A stretch of 35,619 bases of DNA from Candidatus Latescibacterota bacterium. Its GTDB lineage: Bacteria > Latescibacterota > UBA2968. Within the stretch, counting starts at the first letter, position 1. Each line of letters begins with the position of its first letter. The position numbers were made by a program, and so were the translations under genes. Location: NCBI GenBank assembly GCA_038279365.1, contig JAYODI010000003.1, positions 2,404-38,022 on the forward strand. Direction: 5' to 3'. This document shows, piece after piece, positions 34,019 to 35,619 of the stretch. The notes beneath the pieces are model-generated. The model saw nothing but the letters and a program-made list of their open reading frames with translations. It did not search any database and was not told the origin of the DNA.

Positions 34019-35619
34019 GCTTGCTTGAAGTCAAAAATTTGGGTGTGCGCTTTCACATTGAAAACAATGTGGTGCAGGCTGTGCGTGGGGTATCGTTTCA
34101 TATTGACAAAGGTGAAACGGTGGCATTGGTGGGGGAGTCGGGTTCGGGCAAGTCGGTTTCGGCATTGTCTGTTTTACAGTTGTTACCATACCCTCGAGCA
34201 TCGCATCCACACGGCAGTATCGTGTTTGATGGGCATGAAATGTTGGGCGCTTCGGATGATGATTTGCGAAAGATTCGAGGGGCGCGTATTTCAATGGTGT
34301 TTCAAGAGCCCATGACGTCGCTTAATCCGTTGCACACCATTGAGAAACAGATTGCTGAAGTGGTGATGCTGCATCGAAAGATGTCACGCGAAGACGCGCG
34401 TGCACGAGCGTTGGATTTGTTAAAACGGGTGCATTTGCCCGACCCTGAAACGCGTTTAAAATCGTATCCTCATCAACTGTCGGGTGGGCAACGGCAACGG
34501 GTGATGATTGCAATGGCTTTGGCCAATGAACCCGATTTGTTGATTGCTGATGAACCTACCACGGCGTTGGATGTGACCATTCAGGCCGAGATATTGAAGT
34601 TGTTGCAAGAGCTTCAAGATGAGTTTCATATGGCCATTTTGTTGATCACACACGATTTGACCATTGTGCGTCATGTGTCTGATCGGGTGTATGTGATGAC
34701 CGAAGGGTTGGTGGTTGAAGAAGGGAATACGGAGGCGATTTTTTCAGCTCCACAACACGATTACACTAAGAAATTGCTCAATGCTCAGCCCAAAGGTCAA
34801 GCGCCTGCTTTAGATGAAAATGCCACACCGATTGTGACGACTCAAGATTTGAAGGTTTGGTTTCCGATTCAGCGTGGTTTGTTGCGTAAAACCGTTGGGC
34901 ATGTGAAGGCTGTAGATGGTATTTCGCTCAATGTGCGTGAGGGGTATACATTGGGTGTGGTGGGGGAATCTGGGTCGGGGAAAACGACGTTGGGGATGGC
35001 GATTTTGCGTTTGATTGGCAGCAAGGGGCCTATTCATTTTAAGGGGCAAGCCATTCAGGGTTTGAAGATCAAAGATGTGCGTCCGTTGCGACGGGAAATG
35101 CAAATTGTGTTTCAAGATCCCTTTGGTTCACTCAGCCCTCGGTTGTCGGTGTTTCATATTATAGAAGAAGGGCTTTTGGTTCACCACATTGGTGAGACTT
35201 ATGATGAACGCAGGCAAATGGTGGCCAATATGATGGCGGAAGTGGATCTTGACCCTGCGATGATGGATCGTTTTCCACATGAATTTTCGGGTGGGCAACG
35301 CCAACGCATTGCCATTGCACGGGCGATGATTTTACAGCCAAAGTTTGTGGTGCTCGATGAACCCACCAGCGCCTTGGATATGACGGTGCAGTCGCAAATT
35401 ATTGATTTGTTGCGACGCTTACAGCGCGATCATAAGTTGGCCTATTTGTTTATCAGTCACGATTTGCGGGTGGTGCGTGCGCTGGCCAATGAGTTGATTG
35501 TGATGAAAGATGGTGTGGTGGTGGAGCAAGGGATGACCCAAGATGTGTTTGAAAACCCGCAAACAGATTATACCAAGGCACTGATTGCAGCGGCATTTGA
35601 TGTGGCGGTGGCGGAGTAG
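34015..35619 (+). CDS. yejF: Peptide ABC transporter ATP-binding protein with two NBDs, YejF
   Basis: Two Walker A motifs ([16 protein letters not shown]), two signatures ([16 protein letters not shown]), two DEPT. GTGA overlap with yejE. Confidence 0.93.
   Translation: MSLLEVKNLGVRFHIENNVVQAVRGVSFHIDKGETVALVGESGSGKSVSALSVLQLLPYPRASHPHGSIVFDGHEMLGASDDDLRKIRGARISMVFQEPMTSLNPLHTIEKQIAEVVMLHRKMSREDARARALDLLKRVHLPDPETRLKSYPHQLSGGQRQRVMIAMALANEPDLLIADEPTTALDVTIQAEILKLLQELQDEFHMAILLITHDLTIVRHVSDRVYVMTEGLVVEEGNTEAIFSAPQHDYTKKLLNAQPKGQAPALDENATPIVTTQDLKVWFPIQRGLLRKTVGHVKAVDGISLNVREGYTLGVVGESGSGKTTLGMAILRLIGSKGPIHFKGQAIQGLKIKDVRPLRREMQIVFQDPFGSLSPRLSVFHIIEEGLLVHHIGETYDERRQMVANMMAEVDLDPAMMDRFPHEFSGGQRQRIAIARAMILQPKFVVLDEPTSALDMTVQSQIIDLLRRLQRDHKLAYLFISHDLRVVRALANELIVMKDGVVVEQGMTQDVFENPQTDYTKALIAAAFDVAVAE

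Overview
This is a gene-dense bacterial chromosomal window from a Gram-negative organism. The gene repertoire looks like an uncultured FCB/Latescibacterota-type marine genome, but that is inference only. I see no rRNA, tRNA, CRISPR array, integrase or transposase. In order, the window holds: the 5' end of a MacB/FtsX-type ABC permease preceded by three tandem MacA/HlyD-type adaptors; a lipoprotein; two paralogous signal peptide + helical domain + TM + CutA-like proteins; a cytoplasmic beta-lactamase-fold serine hydrolase; a PAS protein with a kinase DHp domain but no ATPase domain; a convergently arranged TRAP transporter; and a single-domain receiver. Next come a secreted tandem-domain protein and a long minus-strand block (NIPSNAP, sulfatase, hybrid kinase with HPt, REC-DHp protein lacking an ATPase domain, secreted protein, HD-GYP with double zinc ribbon, two TM-coiled-coil proteins). 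A BNR_4 propeller gene containing a probable poly-G sequencing artefact follows, then a sigma54 two-component system, an enhancer/IHF/-24-12 promoter, a ClC-CBS antiporter, a propeller hydrolase-like gene, group I biotin ligase and yejABEF. The best leads are the transmembrane CutA pair, the two ATPase-less DHp proteins sharing a conserved C-terminal tail, and the sigma54-controlled ClC locus with three enhancer-like palindromes spaced exactly 42 bp apart.
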